DNA from: Octopus sinensis
Taxonomy: Eukaryota
Length of the DNA stretch: 64,000 nt
Assembly (NCBI RefSeq): GCF_006345805.1
Contig: NC_042999.1
Coordinates: 131,936,001 to 132,000,000 of the forward strand
Reading direction: 5' to 3'
The translations under genes and the position numbers were made by a program. Positions within the stretch are counted from its first letter, which is position 1. Every line of letters begins with the position of its first letter. Below, piece by piece: positions 24,716 to 38,328 of this stretch. The notes under the pieces were generated by a model. That model saw only the letters and a list, made by a program, of their open reading frames with translations. It made no database searches and was not told the origin of the DNA.

Positions 24716-25339
24716 TGGTCACAATGGAAGAGTGCAAGGGGAACTTAGAATCCATCAGCTGTTTCCTTGCACCTCTTCTTTGGTGATGTACATTCCATAT
24801 AAGTCTTATGAGGCTGCTGTTGAAACTATAGCTTTTTTGTTGTTGTTGTTGTTCTGTATGTATGAGAGTCCCATGCAAGCAGTCACACGACCTGCTAGAA
24901 ATAGCAACCAAACCTGCTTCAAAGTGCGTGTTTACTGTCTTAAATATAGATGTATATATACGCCGAGTGAAATTAGTCTTCAGTATAATACATTAGAAGT
25001 GGGGGATGGACACAGCTGCCTGTTAAAAGATGTGTAGTCTTGCGTCTGTGTACAGAGTAATGCACTGAAGTAGTTGTCGTGAGAGCTGAAATGCAAGGAA
25101 GCAACAACAACAACAGCAGCAGCAGCAGCAATAACAACAGCAGCAGTATCAGGAATGTAAGCAACAATAATAGCAGCAGCAGCAGCTATTTCAAGGGAGA
25201 TCACCCTTTGCTTGCATTTATAAATGCTACTAGAATATGTAGCAATAATGACCCCAGTATTTTAAGGGGGTAACACAGTCATACAGTAGTTATATGTTAG
25301 TATGTCTAGATAAATATAAATGAGTATACTTGTAGGAGT

Positions 25340-25398
25340 GCTGTTGTATATGTATGCGTGTATATATGTATACATGTATATATATATATATAATATAT

Positions 25399-25455
<57 letters not shown>

Positions 25456-25630
25456 AAATATGTATATATACATGTATACATATGTATATGTATGCGTGTA
25501 TATATGTATACATGTATATATATATACATATATATATATAGTGCTGTTGTATATGTATACACATATATATATATATGTATGCATACACACACACATATAT
25601 ATATACATACATATATATGTATATTTATAT
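25340..25630. repeat. Long (TA)n/(TATG)n microsatellite
   Basis: Direct reading. Confidence 0.95.
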
Positions 25631-25636
25631 GTGTGT

Positions 25637-25943
25637 GGAGGCGCAATGACCCAGTGGTTAGGGCAGCGGACTCGCGGTCGTAGGATCGCGGTTTCAATTC
25701 CCAGACCGGGTGTTGTGAGTGTTTATTGAGCGAAAACACCTAAAGCTCCATGAGGCTCCAGCAGGGGGTGGTTGGCGATCCCTGCTGTACTCTTTCGCCA
25801 CAACTTTCTCTCACTCTTTCTTCTGTTGGCCTGCTCGCTTAGCCAGCAGGGTGGCGTCATTTGAAGGCTAAAACAATGTGAAGCACATTGTGACCAGCGA
25901 TGTGTAACAACATCTGATAGCCTGGTCGGTCACAGTGATCACG

Positions 25944-25948
<5 letters not shown>
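25637..25948 (+). mobile_element. tRNA-derived SINE, family C (CpG-rich, apparently young)
   Basis: GGAGGCGCAATGACCCAGTGGTTAG A-box-like and GGTTTCAATTCCC B-box-like motifs; set between (TA)n tracts. Confidence 0.75.
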
Positions 25949-25994
<46 letters not shown>

Positions 25995-26120
25995 CATACA
26001 CACGCACTCATATACATGCACACATGGTGTGTGTGTATATATTAAACGAGAATTTTGTTGAAAGTGACTTTGAAGTTTCGACCAGCTGAGCTACTTGTTT
26101 GAGAATAATAAACTTGTATA

Positions 26121-26484
26121 GGTGCAGGAGTGGCTGTGTGGTAAGTAGCTTGCTAACCAATCACATGGTTCTGGGTTCAGTCCCACTGCGTGGTATCTTG
26201 GGTAAGTGTCTTCTACTATAGCCTCGGGCCGACCAATGCCTTGTGAGTGGATTTGGTAGACGGAAACAGAAAGAAGCCCATCGTATATATGTATATATAT
26301 GTATGTGTGTGTTTGTGTGTCTGTGTTTGTCCCCCCAACATCCCCGTCACTTAGCGGTTCAGCAATAGAGACCAATAGAATAAGTACTATTCTTACAAAG
26401 AATAAGTCCTTGGGTCGATTTGCTCGACTAAAGGCGGTGCTCCAGCATGGCCACAGTCAAATGACTGAAACATGTAAAAGAGAG
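26121..26484 (+). mobile_element. SINE A, well-preserved complete copy
   Basis: Complete head, internal microsatellite and tail. Confidence 0.88.
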
Positions 26485-26628
26485 AATATTCTGCAAAAGT
26501 ACAGAGTAACCCATCAGATTAATGTAAAATTATTTTTATTAATAAATTTATCAATAAATAAATGAATAAACATTAATGTGTGTGTGTGTGTGTGTATATA
26601 TTTGTTATGCAAGTACATTTCAGATTTT

Positions 26629-26676
<48 letters not shown>

Positions 26677-26698
26677 CAAGTACCCTTCAGTCTTATAT

Positions 26699-26928
26699 AT
26701 ACAGTAATCTATCACCATATCGCAGTTCACTTATCACGGTTTATTATTTAAGCTTATGTCATTTCCTCCGTGGTGTTGTTTTGCATTTTTGATAAAATAA
26801 ATATATACAAATTATAAAAATAATAAAAATAAATATACAGTATAGTACTGTTTCTACTTCACAGAATTTTCACCTATCACGGAGTGTGGGGTGGAACATA
26901 ACACCCGCGATAGTTAAAGAATTACTAT
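26699..26928. mobile_element. Tigger/pogo-like MITE
   Basis: TA-CAGTAATCTATCACCATATCGCAG ... CGCGATAGTTAAAGAATTACTA-TG; degenerate CAGTAAT/ATTACTG TIRs. Confidence 0.5.
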
Positions 26929-26966
26929 GTGTGTGTGTGTGTTTATATATATATATATATATGAGT

Positions 26967-27275
26967 GAAGGTGTATGGCTCAGTGGTTAGAGCGTCGAGC
27001 TTACGATCATGGGGTTGTGAGTTCAAATTCCGGACTGAGCTGTGTGTTGTGTTCTTGAGCAAGACACTTTATTTCATGTTGCTCCAGTTCACTCAGCTGT
27101 AGAAATGAGTTGCAGCGTCACAGGTGCCAAGCTATACCTGCTGTTGCCTTTCCCTTGGATAACACTGGTGGCGTGGAGAGGGGAGGCCGGTATGCATGGG
27201 CAACTCAGGACTTGTGCCTGGGAGGGTAACTTTCTAGGTGCAATCCCATGGTCAGTCATAACCAAAGGGTGTCTC
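26967..27275 (+). mobile_element. SINE D
   Basis: TGGCTCAGTGGTTAG head, GAGTTCAAATTCC, and TTGAGCAAGACACTTTATTTCATGTTGCTCCAGTTCACTCAGCTG block. Other copies at ~30385, 39385(-), 59971. Confidence 0.8.
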
Positions 27276-30200
27276 AACATATATATATAATTGTATATTT
27301 GTTATGTGTGTAAGATTGTATACACACTCACATTGATAGTGTATCTGTATGCATTTCAGAATTCTTATTGAGAATATCTTTCTGCATTGAGGGTGGGTCT
27401 TTCACATAAAATGTGTATATATGTGTTAGACTAACGTATTTATGTCATCTACCAGCTACCAACATGCATATATACTATATTGTGTGTATGTGTGCATTTA
27501 TATATGTAAATGCACTTGTGTATGTGTCTGCATTTATGTATTCATACTTACACACACAGGCACATTGGAAACAGGATTATTATAATCAAAGATAATGTTA
27601 TGAAACATGTATTGTTATCAGCACTAGTAGGTCCTAAACTCATATTTTAAAACAAATTAAAAATTATCTGCTTACTAAAATCGAAGCTCTGGACATGTGT
27701 GTTTGTGTATTTTTATATTACTTTATTTTTGCTGTTTTACTGATTTCAGTTATTAGACTGCAACCATGTTGGGACATGATCTTGAAATGTTTAATCAATC
27801 AAACTGACCCCAGTTTAATACATATTGTAGAGGCCTCTATTTTGTTTTTTTCCAAACTACTAATCTATAAGGATGTAAACGAGCACCAATTGTCAAGTAG
27901 TCTCATGTAAAAGACAAAGTACAAAAAGTGATAAACACATAGATGCATGTACACACACTTATGCATATGCATATACATATGCACACAAATATACACAGGC
28001 TGTGATATCTAGTTTTAGCCTGGATGCTGAAATTTAGCTTTTCCCTAAGGTTGAGGCCAAAGTAACCCAGCTGTACTTCTTGAATGTTAACAGTTGATAT
28101 CCGTCCTATTTCTTCCTAAAAGTCTATTGTACCAAATGAAATCATTTGAAAGCTAACATTACATGTGTATGTGCTCCCAACGCTTGCTTTTGATTTTGTT
28201 GTCATTGTTGGATATGCATCATCATTGTCATTGTCATCATCATCGTTGCTTTTAACATCCGAATTTCCATGCTGTTTCGCGATCACCACTTGGCAGCTGG
28301 TGTTGGTGTGTTTGTGTCTCTGTAACTTATTGGTTTGGCCATTAGAATAAGTACCAGGCATAAAAAGTAAGTCCTGGGATCAATTTGTTCACTAAAACTC
28401 TTCGAGGTGGATGCTCCAGAATGGTCACTGTTAAATGACTGCAACAAGTAAAAGAATAAAAGAATCCTTGAATTTAGGACATCGGTTTCACTTTTGGTGC
28501 TCAGAATAAAATCATATTGTTTGATGAGGGTGAATTCAGAAGTTACGTCTGCTTTTGTAGTTCATTTGATTTCAGATGATTTGTTTTGTTCTTACATATT
28601 TATGTATGCTTGTGTGTATGTAAGTGTGTATAGGTGTGGCTTTGTGATTAGAAGTTTGCTGTGTTCAGTCCTGTTGCATGGCACCTTGGGCAAGTGTCTT
28701 CTACTATAGGTTTGGGCTGACCAAAGCCATGTGAGTGGATTTGGTTGGTGGAAACTGATAGGAACCCATTATATATGTGTGTGTGTCTTTGATCTGTGTT
28801 TGTCCTCCACCACTGTTTGACAGCTGGTGTTGGTGTGTTTACATCTGTGTTCGGTAAAAGAGAGCAGTCAAATAAGTACCAGCCTAACAATAAAATAAGT
28901 AAAGGGGTCAATTAGTTTGACTAAAATTCTTCAAGGCAACGCCCCAGCATGACCACAGTCTGATGACTGGAACTAATGAAGGGTGATAGATACACACTTA
29001 AATACACCTTTGTTGTTGATTTGATCAATCCACAAAGTATAATCAGTTAGTTCTGCATAGGCATTACCATATAAGTATATGAAATTCACATAAATATAGC
29101 AGGAACAGAATAAATACATGAAGTTCTGACAAGCAAAACTTGTAGCTGAAAAAGCATAATATTAAGAAATGAAGCCTCAGCAATGGAAGAGTGTGTACAA
29201 TGAAAATAAGTAGCTCCTTTTATTTTATACTTGTTTCAATCAAGCCATATGATTAATAAGTTCATTTTGCAAACATGGTTCTCCAGATTTGATCCTACTG
29301 TGTGGCTTCTTGAACTGATGTTATTTTTTATAGACTTGGGTTGATCCCTAATTTGTGAGTGAAATTGGGTAGGCAGAAACTTTATAGAAGACTGTTGGGT
29401 GGATTGTACCAGTACATATGAATGTGTAGTCTTGTCACACTGTGTTGTGCTAATTCTATATGACAATTATGTTAATCCTTTAGCATCCATATATCTCTGG
29501 CAAATCTAGGGCATATTTATTCATATTGTTTTGAATTTGTCATGCATTATCTTGTAGCATTGAGATTTCAATCATGTAATTGTTTATTTTGTTAGAATGA
29601 CATTTTAGGACAGGTGTGAAAGGCCAGATTTGGCTGGTCTGAACATAAGAAAGGTAAAATATTTGAGCTGGATGTGGCCATTTTCAGTGCTAAAGGATTG
29701 AGAGTATATATGTCTGTAATCCAGTTGATCAAACAACTGAATCCACATCAAATCACAGAAGCCCATCACCACATATGTGTATGTATACAACAGCTAAATT
29801 CCCCCCACAAATCATTGCACACACACATACAATAGTGAGTTGAAAAACATCAATTAACTGAGATTATTCTCACAGTTAGAAAACAAAAGCTCTTTCTGCT
29901 GATATTTAGAATCTAAAAACAACAAGCAAAGTAGATAACCCCAATGAAATCAACTGATTCTAATTTTTGGAAAATTAAGTACATGCATTCATATACATAC
30001 CTAACTGTATCATGTATGTGTGTGTGTGTGTGTGTGTGTGATCACACATTCATTTTGTATTTTATTTCAATTACACATGTGCACACACATGAGTGTATTT
30101 ATGTATGTCTGTGTAAAACTCTTGCTTAAGTAGCTTCTTTTTGTTTGTGCTTTTATATGTTGCCCCCTCCCCCTTCTCAGCTGAGGCTTTTCTTGCAAGT

Positions 30201-30645
30201 TACTTGGTAACTTCACTGATGATGGTGCCACATAAAAAGCACCTGTACACTTTGTAAAATGGTTGGCACTAAGAAGGGCACCCAGCCCTAGAAAACATGC
30301 CAGAGCAAACAGGTAGAGCCTGGTGCAGTGTTCTGGCTTGCCAGCTCCTGTCAAACTGCCCAATCCATTATGCGTGTGTGCATGAGGGTGCATGGCTCAG
30401 TGGTTAGAGTGTTGTACTCAGGGTGCGTTGTGTTCTTAAGCAAAACATTTCATCTCACATTGCTCTGTGATCACTTTCACACTTTATGTGTGGCACACAG
30501 TGCATTAGTTCAGGCAACGTTGATTTGATGGAGAGAATGAGCTAATGTATGGCATGAACATTTGATCACTATAACAAATAATTTGTGCAGGTCGTTTGGC
30601 AAAAACTGAACACAACACTCATTTGTTGTCTTTGACAGGAGTTCA

Positions 30646-30689
<44 letters not shown>

Positions 30690-31857
30690 CCTGCTAGTGA
30701 TACACTCCTCCTTTCATTACGAAGAGTATGAAGGAGGGGTGGTAGGAGGCTGTAGGGATTAATAAAAATTTAAATATTTTCCCCCACTGTAAATCTATGT
30801 TAATCTGCAAATATAAGCAGGATTGTGCTGTTGAAGATGTTAAGCTGATTAGCTTATTAGCAATCTTGGACAATGCTTTCCTTTCATCATTATCACCATC
30901 ATTATTGCTGCCATCGTCATCATCATCAACAACCATTTTGTCTTAATAAACTTGATCTGTCTTCTTATTTACAGAGGAGGGGGGGATAGTGGTGGTGGGT
31001 GGGGAAGATGTTTACTGCCATCATTGTCTTTAATACACAAGTATCATGTTCCCCACCACCATCAACTCTTCATTTCAGCATCTGTTGCTTATCTTTTATG
31101 AATCATGACTGCAGTTCACCACCACAACCACCACTAGTACTACTACTATCTCTACCACTACCACATTCTGGCATCAGGCCATTGTCCAAGCTTTGCCCAT
31201 TCATGCTCTCATGATGAACAGCACCATTGTATTCCACATCTACAGTACCTACCAATCTCATACTAATACTATGTGCAACAGCATCACCAAAGGACCCTCT
31301 ACATGGTTACTCATCCTGCTAGAAATAGCAGCCAAATTTTTCTCTACTGTCTTAAAGGATACAAATGATGTAGTCCTAGATATTTCTGGAAATGACTGAA
31401 TGGCCATGATTGGAATGCCTTTGCTCATAGTCCTTACTGACTTGGTTTGACCTGGTGCTAAACAACTCACTACTATATTGTACCTTACCACTAAACCATT
31501 TCTTTTGTGTTTTATCTTTTTCCACTTTCTCTTTATATCACTATATCACCCTCCCTCCCTTCCTTCCTTTCTCATAGACATAACTTTACACATTTTCTCT
31601 GAATCTGCTTTTTGACAAGTCTTGATAGACTCATAATATTCTTCCACCTGGCCAATCAATGCCTTGTGAGTAAATTTTGTAAACAGAAACTGTGTTAGGA
31701 GCCCTTAGTGTAATGTATTTACATAAGGGTGCAGGCGTGGCTGTGTGGTAAGAAGCTTGCTTCCCAACCACATGATTTTGGGCAAGTGTCTTCTACTGTA
31801 GCTTCAGGTTGATCAAAGCCTTGAGTGGATTTGATAATTGGAAACAGAAAGAAGCCT

Positions 31858-31889
<32 letters not shown>

Positions 31890-31893
<4 letters not shown>

Positions 31894-32066
31894 CAAAATG
31901 GGACAAGAATGCAAAACATCCGGGCAGCTAGGTGATATGAAAAGGGACAACAAAACATCCAGATAGATGATACAAAGAAAATAAGGACGGGTCATTCAAA
32001 GATTTCTTTCTTCAGTCAAGCACCAGATTATCCTTGCAATTTCGGCTAATTATTCTTGAGATTGCT

Positions 32067-32068
<2 letters not shown>
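31890..32068. mobile_element. Older, diverged relative of the tandem-array unit (possible Penelope-like terminal fragment)
   Basis: CAGTCAAGCACCAGATTATCCTTGCAATTTCGGCTAATTATTCTTGAGATTGCTCC matches the array unit. Another fragment of it lies in reverse orientation at ~44945-45010. Confidence 0.6.
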
Positions 32069-32097
<29 letters not shown>

Positions 32098-32102
<5 letters not shown>

Positions 32103-35100
32103 TAAACAGTAACATAATTAACAGACATGGACAAGAACATGAAACACCACAGAGACGACACAAGAACCACAGGACGGGACATTCGAAGCCCTCAGTCATC
32201 AGTCAAGAACCAGATCATCTTAGCAATTTCGGCTGATAATCTTGAGATTGCTCCGATATGGCCAGCCCGCCAAGGGAAATCTAAGCCAAGCGCATTAGAT
32301 CCCCTGGAAGAAAGCTTCGAATGTCATACAACCCAAAACGAAAGGACGGAACGATCGAAGTACACAACAAAATACAGATACGTGACACCAATAAGAATAC
32401 AAAAACGTAAAAAACATAACGGTAAAAATAAAAAATAAACACAAACAAAACCAGGACGTAGGACAAGGGTCTTTCGACAGGACGATTTGAGAATGGGGCT
32501 GGCTTGTGAAGTTGTGCCTAAAGGCCCGGGGAGACGAACAAATCCGTGTTGCTTCTGAGGTGCTGAAAACGAAAAGAGCGCTCAACAGCGGCTAGCTGTC
32601 ACGTGAGAACAAAAGACAGGAGAAAGGGACAGATGAAAAGGGAGAGAAGGTGGACGAGGAGGAGAAGAAAGAGACAGATCGAGGGGGCTGGAGGTGAGGA
32701 GATAGAGAAACGTAGAAAGGGGGGGGGACGGATGGAGAGGGAAAGAAAGGGAGTGGAATAGGGAGGAGAGAGAGAGAGAGAAAAAGAGACAGATTAAGAG
32801 TCGTATCAACTTGAGAAAAAGAATACTTATCGTATAAGGACAATTGTGGATACGTAGCCGCCGATTATATAGGTAAACTTAACATTAATTACAGACATGG
32901 ACAAGAACATGAAACACCACAGAGACGACACCAGAACCACAGGACGGGACATTCGAAGCCCTCAGTCATCAGTCAAGAACCAGATCATCTTAGCAATTTC
33001 GGCTGATTAATCTTGAGATTGCTCCGATATGGCCAGCCCGCCAAGGAAATCTAAGCCAAGCGCATTAGATCCCCTGGAAGAAAGCTTCGAATGTCTACAA
33101 CGAAAGACGGAAAACAGATCGAAGTACACAAACAAAAATACAGAATACGTGACACCAATAAAATACAAAAACGTAAAAACAAAACGGTAAAATAAAAAAT
33201 AAACAACAAAACAAAACCAGGACGTAGGACAAGGGTCTTTCGACAGGACGATTTGAGAATGGGGCTGGCTTGTGAAGTTGTGCCTAAAGGCCACGGGGAG
33301 ACGAACAAATCCGTGTTGCTTCTGAGGCTGCTGAAAACGAAAAGAGCGCTCAACAGCGGCTAGCTGTCACGTGAGAACAAAAGACAGGAGAAAGGGACAG
33401 ATGAAAAAGGAGAGAAGGTGGACGAGGGAGGAGAAGAAAGAGACAGATCGAGGGGGCTGGAGGTGAGAGAGATAGAGAAACGTAAAAGGGGGGGGGCGGA
33501 TGGAGAGGGAAAGAAGGGAGTGGATAAGGGAGGAGAGAGAGAGAGAGAAAAAGAGACAGATTAAGAGTCGTATCAAAGCTTGAGAAAAAAATATACTTAT
33601 CGTATAAGGACAATGTGGATACGTAGCCGCCGATTATATAGGTAAACAGTAACATAATTACAGACATGGACAAGACATGAAACACCACAGAGACGACACA
33701 AGAACCACAGGACGGGACATTCGAAGCCCTCAGTCATCAGTCAAGAACGATCATCTTAGCAATTTCGGCTGATTAATCTTGAGATTGCTCCGATATGGCC
33801 AGCCCGCCAAGGGAAATCTAGCCAAGCGCATTAGATCCCCTGGAAGAAAGCTTCGAATGTCTACAACGAAAGGACGGAAAACAGATCGAAGTACACAAAC
33901 AAAAATACAGAATACGTGACACCAATAAGAATACAAAAACGTAAAAACAATCGGTAAAAATAAAAAATAAAAAATAACACAAACAAAACCAGGACGTAGG
34001 ACAAGGGTCTTTCGACAGGACGATTTGAGAATGGGGCTGGCTTGTGAAGTTGTGCCTAAAGGCCACGGGGAGACGAACAAATCCGTGTTGCTTCTGAGGC
34101 TGCTGAAAACGAAAAGAGCGCTCAACAGCGGCTAGCTGTCACGTGAGAACAAAAGACAGGAGAAAGGGACAGATGAAAAGGGAGAGAAGGTGGACGAGGG
34201 AGGAGAAGAAAGAGACAGATCGAGGGGGCTGGAGGTGAGAGAGATAGAGAAACGTAGAAAGGGGGGGGGACGGATGGAGAGGGAAAGAAAGGGAGTGGAA
34301 TAAGGGAGGAGAGAGAGAGAGAAAAAGAGACAGATTAAGAGTCGTATCAAAGCTTGAGAAAAAAATATACTTATCGTATAAGGACAATTGTGGATACGTA
34401 GCCGCCGATTATATAGGTAAACAGTAACATTAATTACAGACATGGACAAGAACATGAAACACCACAGAGACGACACAAGAACCACAGGACGGGACATTCG
34501 AAGCCCTCAGTCATCAGTCAAGAACCAGATCATCTTAGCAATTTCGGCTGATTAATCTTGAGATTGCTCCGATATGGCCAGCCCGCCAAGGGAAATCTAA
34601 GCCAAGCGCATTAGATCCCCTGGAAGAAAGCTTCGAATGTCTACAACGAAAGGACGGAACAGATCGAAGTACACAAACAAAAATACAGAATACGTGACAC
34701 CAATAAGAATACACAAAACGTAAAAACAATAACGGTTAAAAATAAAAAATAAACAACAAAACAAAACCAGGACGTAGGACAAGGGTCTTTCGACAGGACG
34801 ATTTGAGAATGGGGCTGCTGCTTGTGAAGTTGTGCCTAAAGGCCACGGGGAGACGAACAAATCCGTGTTGCTTCTGAGGCTGCTGAAAACGAAAAGAGCG
34901 CACAACAGCGGCTAGCTGTCACGTGAGAACAAAAGACAGGAGAAAGGGACAGATGAAAAGGGAGAGAAGGTGGACGAGGGAGGAGAAGAAAGAGACAGAT
35001 CGAGGGGGCTGGAGGTGAGAGAGATAGAGAAACGTAGAAGGGGGGGGGGGGGCGGATGGAGAGGGAAAGAAAGGGAGTGGAATAAGGGAGGAGAGAGAGA

Positions 35101-36110
35101 GAGAGAAAAAGAGACAGATTAAGAGTCGTATCAAAGCTTGAGAAAAAAAAATATATATCGTATAAGGACAATTGTGGATACGTAGCCGCCGATTATATAG
35201 GTAAACAGTAACATTAATTACAGACATGGACAAGAACATGAAACACCACAGAGACGACACAAGAACCACAGGACGGACATTCGAAGCCCTCAGTCATCAG
35301 TCAAGAACCAGATCATCTTAGCAATTTCGGCTGATTAATCTTGAGATTGCTCCGATATGGCCAGCCCGCCAAGGGAAATCTAAGCCAAGCGCATTAGATC
35401 CCCTGGAAGAAAGCTTCGAATGTCTACAACGAAAGGACGAAAACAGATCGAAGTACACAAACAAAAATACAGAATACGTGACACCAATAAGAATACAAAA
35501 AAACAAAAACGTAAAAACAATAACGGTAAAAATAAAAAATAAACAACAAAACAAAACCAGGACGTAGGACAAGGGTCTTTCGACAGGACGATTTGAGAAT
35601 GGGGCTGGCTTGTGAAGTTGTGCCTAAAGGCCACGGGGAGACGAACAAATCGTGTTGTTGCTTCTGAGGCTGCTGAAAACGAAAAGAGCGCTCAACAGCG
35701 GCTAGCTGTCACGTGAGAACAAAAGACAGGAGAAAGGGACAGATGAAAAGGAGAGAAGGTGGACGAGGGAGGAGAAGAAAGAGACAGATCGAGGGGGCTG
35801 GAGGTGAGAGAGATAGAGAACAGTAGAAAGGGGGGGGGACGGATGGAGAGGAAAGAAAGGGAGTGGAATAAGGGAGGAGAGAGAGAGAGAGAAAAAGAGA
35901 CAGATTAAGAGTCGTATCAAAGCTTGAGAAAAAATATACTTATCGTATAAGGACAATTGTGGATACGTAGCCGCCGATTATATAGGTAAACAGTAACATT
36001 AATTACAGACATGGACAAGAACATGAAACACCACAGAGACGACACAAGAACCACAGGACGGGACATTCGAAGCCCTCAGTCATCAGTCAAGAACCAGATC
36101 ATCTTAGCAA
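32098..36110. repeat. Head-to-tail tandem array of a ~770-785-bp non-coding unit, 5 full copies plus ~126 bp
   Basis: GGTAAAC register at 32101, 32872, 33641, 34416, 35200, 35985. Flanked by (TA)n on both sides. Confidence 0.97.
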
Positions 36111-37814
36111 TAATATATATATATACACACACACACATATATATACATATATATATATACACACACACATATATATACATATATAATTATATACACATAT
36201 ATATATGTATATATTTGTGTGTCTTTGTGTGTCCCTCCACCATCACTTGACAACTGATGTTGGTGTGTCCACATCCCTATAACTTAGCAGTTCAACAAAA
36301 GAGACCAATAGAATAAGTTCTAGGATTACAATGAATAAATCCTGGGATCGATTTCTTCGGTGCTCCAGAATAGCTGCAGTCAAATGACTGAAACAAGTAA
36401 AAGAACATACATATAATCTTTTATCTTTTACTTGTTTCAGTCATTAGACTGCAGCCATATTGGAGAATTTTTAGGTGAAGGAATCAACCCCAGTACTTAA
36501 TTTTGTTAAGCTTGGTGGCTTATATCGGTCTCTTTTGCCAAACTGTTAAATTGTAGGGACATAAACACACCAACACTGGTTTTTGAGTGGTGGTGGGGAA
36601 CAGATACAGACACAAAAACACACACGTGTACACACATACATATATGACAGTCTTTCAATTTCTGCTTACCAAATTCACTCACAAAGCTTTGATTGACCCA
36701 AAGCTATAGTAGAGGTTACTAGCCCAAGGTGCCATGTTTTGGAACTGAACCCGGAACCGTGTGGTTGGGCAGCAAGCTTCTTACTACACGCATGCTTGTG
36801 TGTATGTTTATGTTGTCCCCTGCCTCTGCTGACAACCAGTGTTTGTTATGTCCCTCTCCATAACTTAGTAGTTTCACAAAAGAGACTGATAGAATATATA
36901 CCAGATTTTAAAAATAAAAAGGTCCTGGGGCCAATTTGTTTGATTAAATCCCTGAAGGTGATGCCCTTACATGGCTGCCATCCAATGACTGATATGTGTA
37001 AAATGTGTGTGTTTGTTCACCCCACCCCCACCACTCTACGTTGGTGTTTGTTTACATCTCCATAACTTAGCAGTTCAGCAAAAGAGATTGATAGAATAAG
37101 TGCAAGATTTTTTTTTTTAAAAAGGACTGCACTGGCCCAGCATGGCTGCAGTGCAATAACAGAAACAAGTAAAAAGTAATATCTATATTGGTTTGTAAAA
37201 TTAAATTTTATGATTAATCTCTGCTTTGTGCATTGGCAAAAAAAAAAAAAAGAAAAAAAAATGTCATTTTATTTCAACATTAGATATAAATGGAAAATAT
37301 CTGTCTATATTTTTGTACCACTACAAACTATCATGTGTATCCAATATCATTATTCCTAACACATGGAACATATGTTCTAAGTTTCAAAAGGAGTTTTTGG
37401 GGGGGTTTTTTCTTCTTTTTTTAATACCTTTTTCTTCTTTGAAACCTAATCAACCAACGAATCTAAAGAATAACGTCCAAAACATTGGGTAAAATAGACT
37501 TTTTAATGGGAAATTACATCAAGTTACTTCAAATAGATTACTTATTCCAAAATGTAATTACCTGCTGAAAAGGAAAAAAACTGCACCAAATTTCAGGTAT
37601 TGTGCAAAACAGCTATGAATAAAATTTAATTTATATCAGTTGGGTGATGTCATCTACAAACAAGTTCATGATTATTTCATGGCATTTACTAAAATTGTGT
37701 ATTAATGTTTATTGTTCAGTTTGTTTTATGTTTTAGTTTTTATGTTATCTTTTATTTTTTACTTGTTTCACTCATTGACTGTAGGAATAAAATTGACCCC
37801 TAGTACTTTTGTTT

Positions 37815-38042
37815 TTAACCCTTTAGCATTCAGATTACTCTATTAGGTGTAAGGTTTATTTATTCACATTGTTTTGAATTAATAATGCATTATTTCATAG
37901 CTTTGAGATTCTGATGATGTGATTGTTTATTTTTAGAATGCCATTCTCAGGCAGGTGTGAGAGGCCAGATCTGGCCAGTTTAAATATCAAGCAGGTATAA
38001 TATTTGGGTTAGATAGGGCTGGTTTAAATGCCAAAGAGTTAA
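37815..38042. mobile_element. TTAA MITE family 1 nested in a minus-strand SINE A
   Basis: TTAACCCTTTAGCATT ... AATGCCAAAGAGTTAA; SINE sequence continues on both sides. Confidence 0.8.
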
Positions 38043-38297
38043 GTCTGGTACTTATTCTGCTAGCCCTTTTACCAAACTCCTAAGTTACAAGGACAAACAA
38101 ACCAATATCAGTTGTCAAACAGTGTAGAGGACAAACATACACACATATTTTATATGATAGGCTTCCACGTAGTTTCCATTCACCAGATTCAGTCTCTGAA
38201 TGGATTAAGGATGGTGCGTAATTTAGTGCTAATATATAGTTTCACACTAGATTTGACTCATTCAATTTTCACTTGAATCCTAAAAATTGTGATTTTT

Positions 38298-38328
<31 letters not shown>

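Noticed and set aside
25079-25273. CAG/CAA-rich ORF (poly-S/N or poly-Q) as a coding exon
   Set aside because: No convincing splice sites; the poly-Q frame has stops; explained as a trinucleotide microsatellite.
25637-25720. tRNA gene calls at SINE heads (also ~26967, 57957, 59971)
   Set aside because: A and B boxes are present but there is no cloverleaf, and each continues into a SINE body.
23853-25739. Many 70-170-aa ORFs rich in Y/I/C/V/H/T
   Set aside because: They are translations of (TA)n/(TG)n microsatellites on both strands.
32127-36250. Repeated ORFs in the tandem array and the possibility of a CRISPR-like array
   Set aside because: Frames are not conserved between copies and have low complexity. 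Units are ~780 bp with no unique spacers, in a eukaryotic context.
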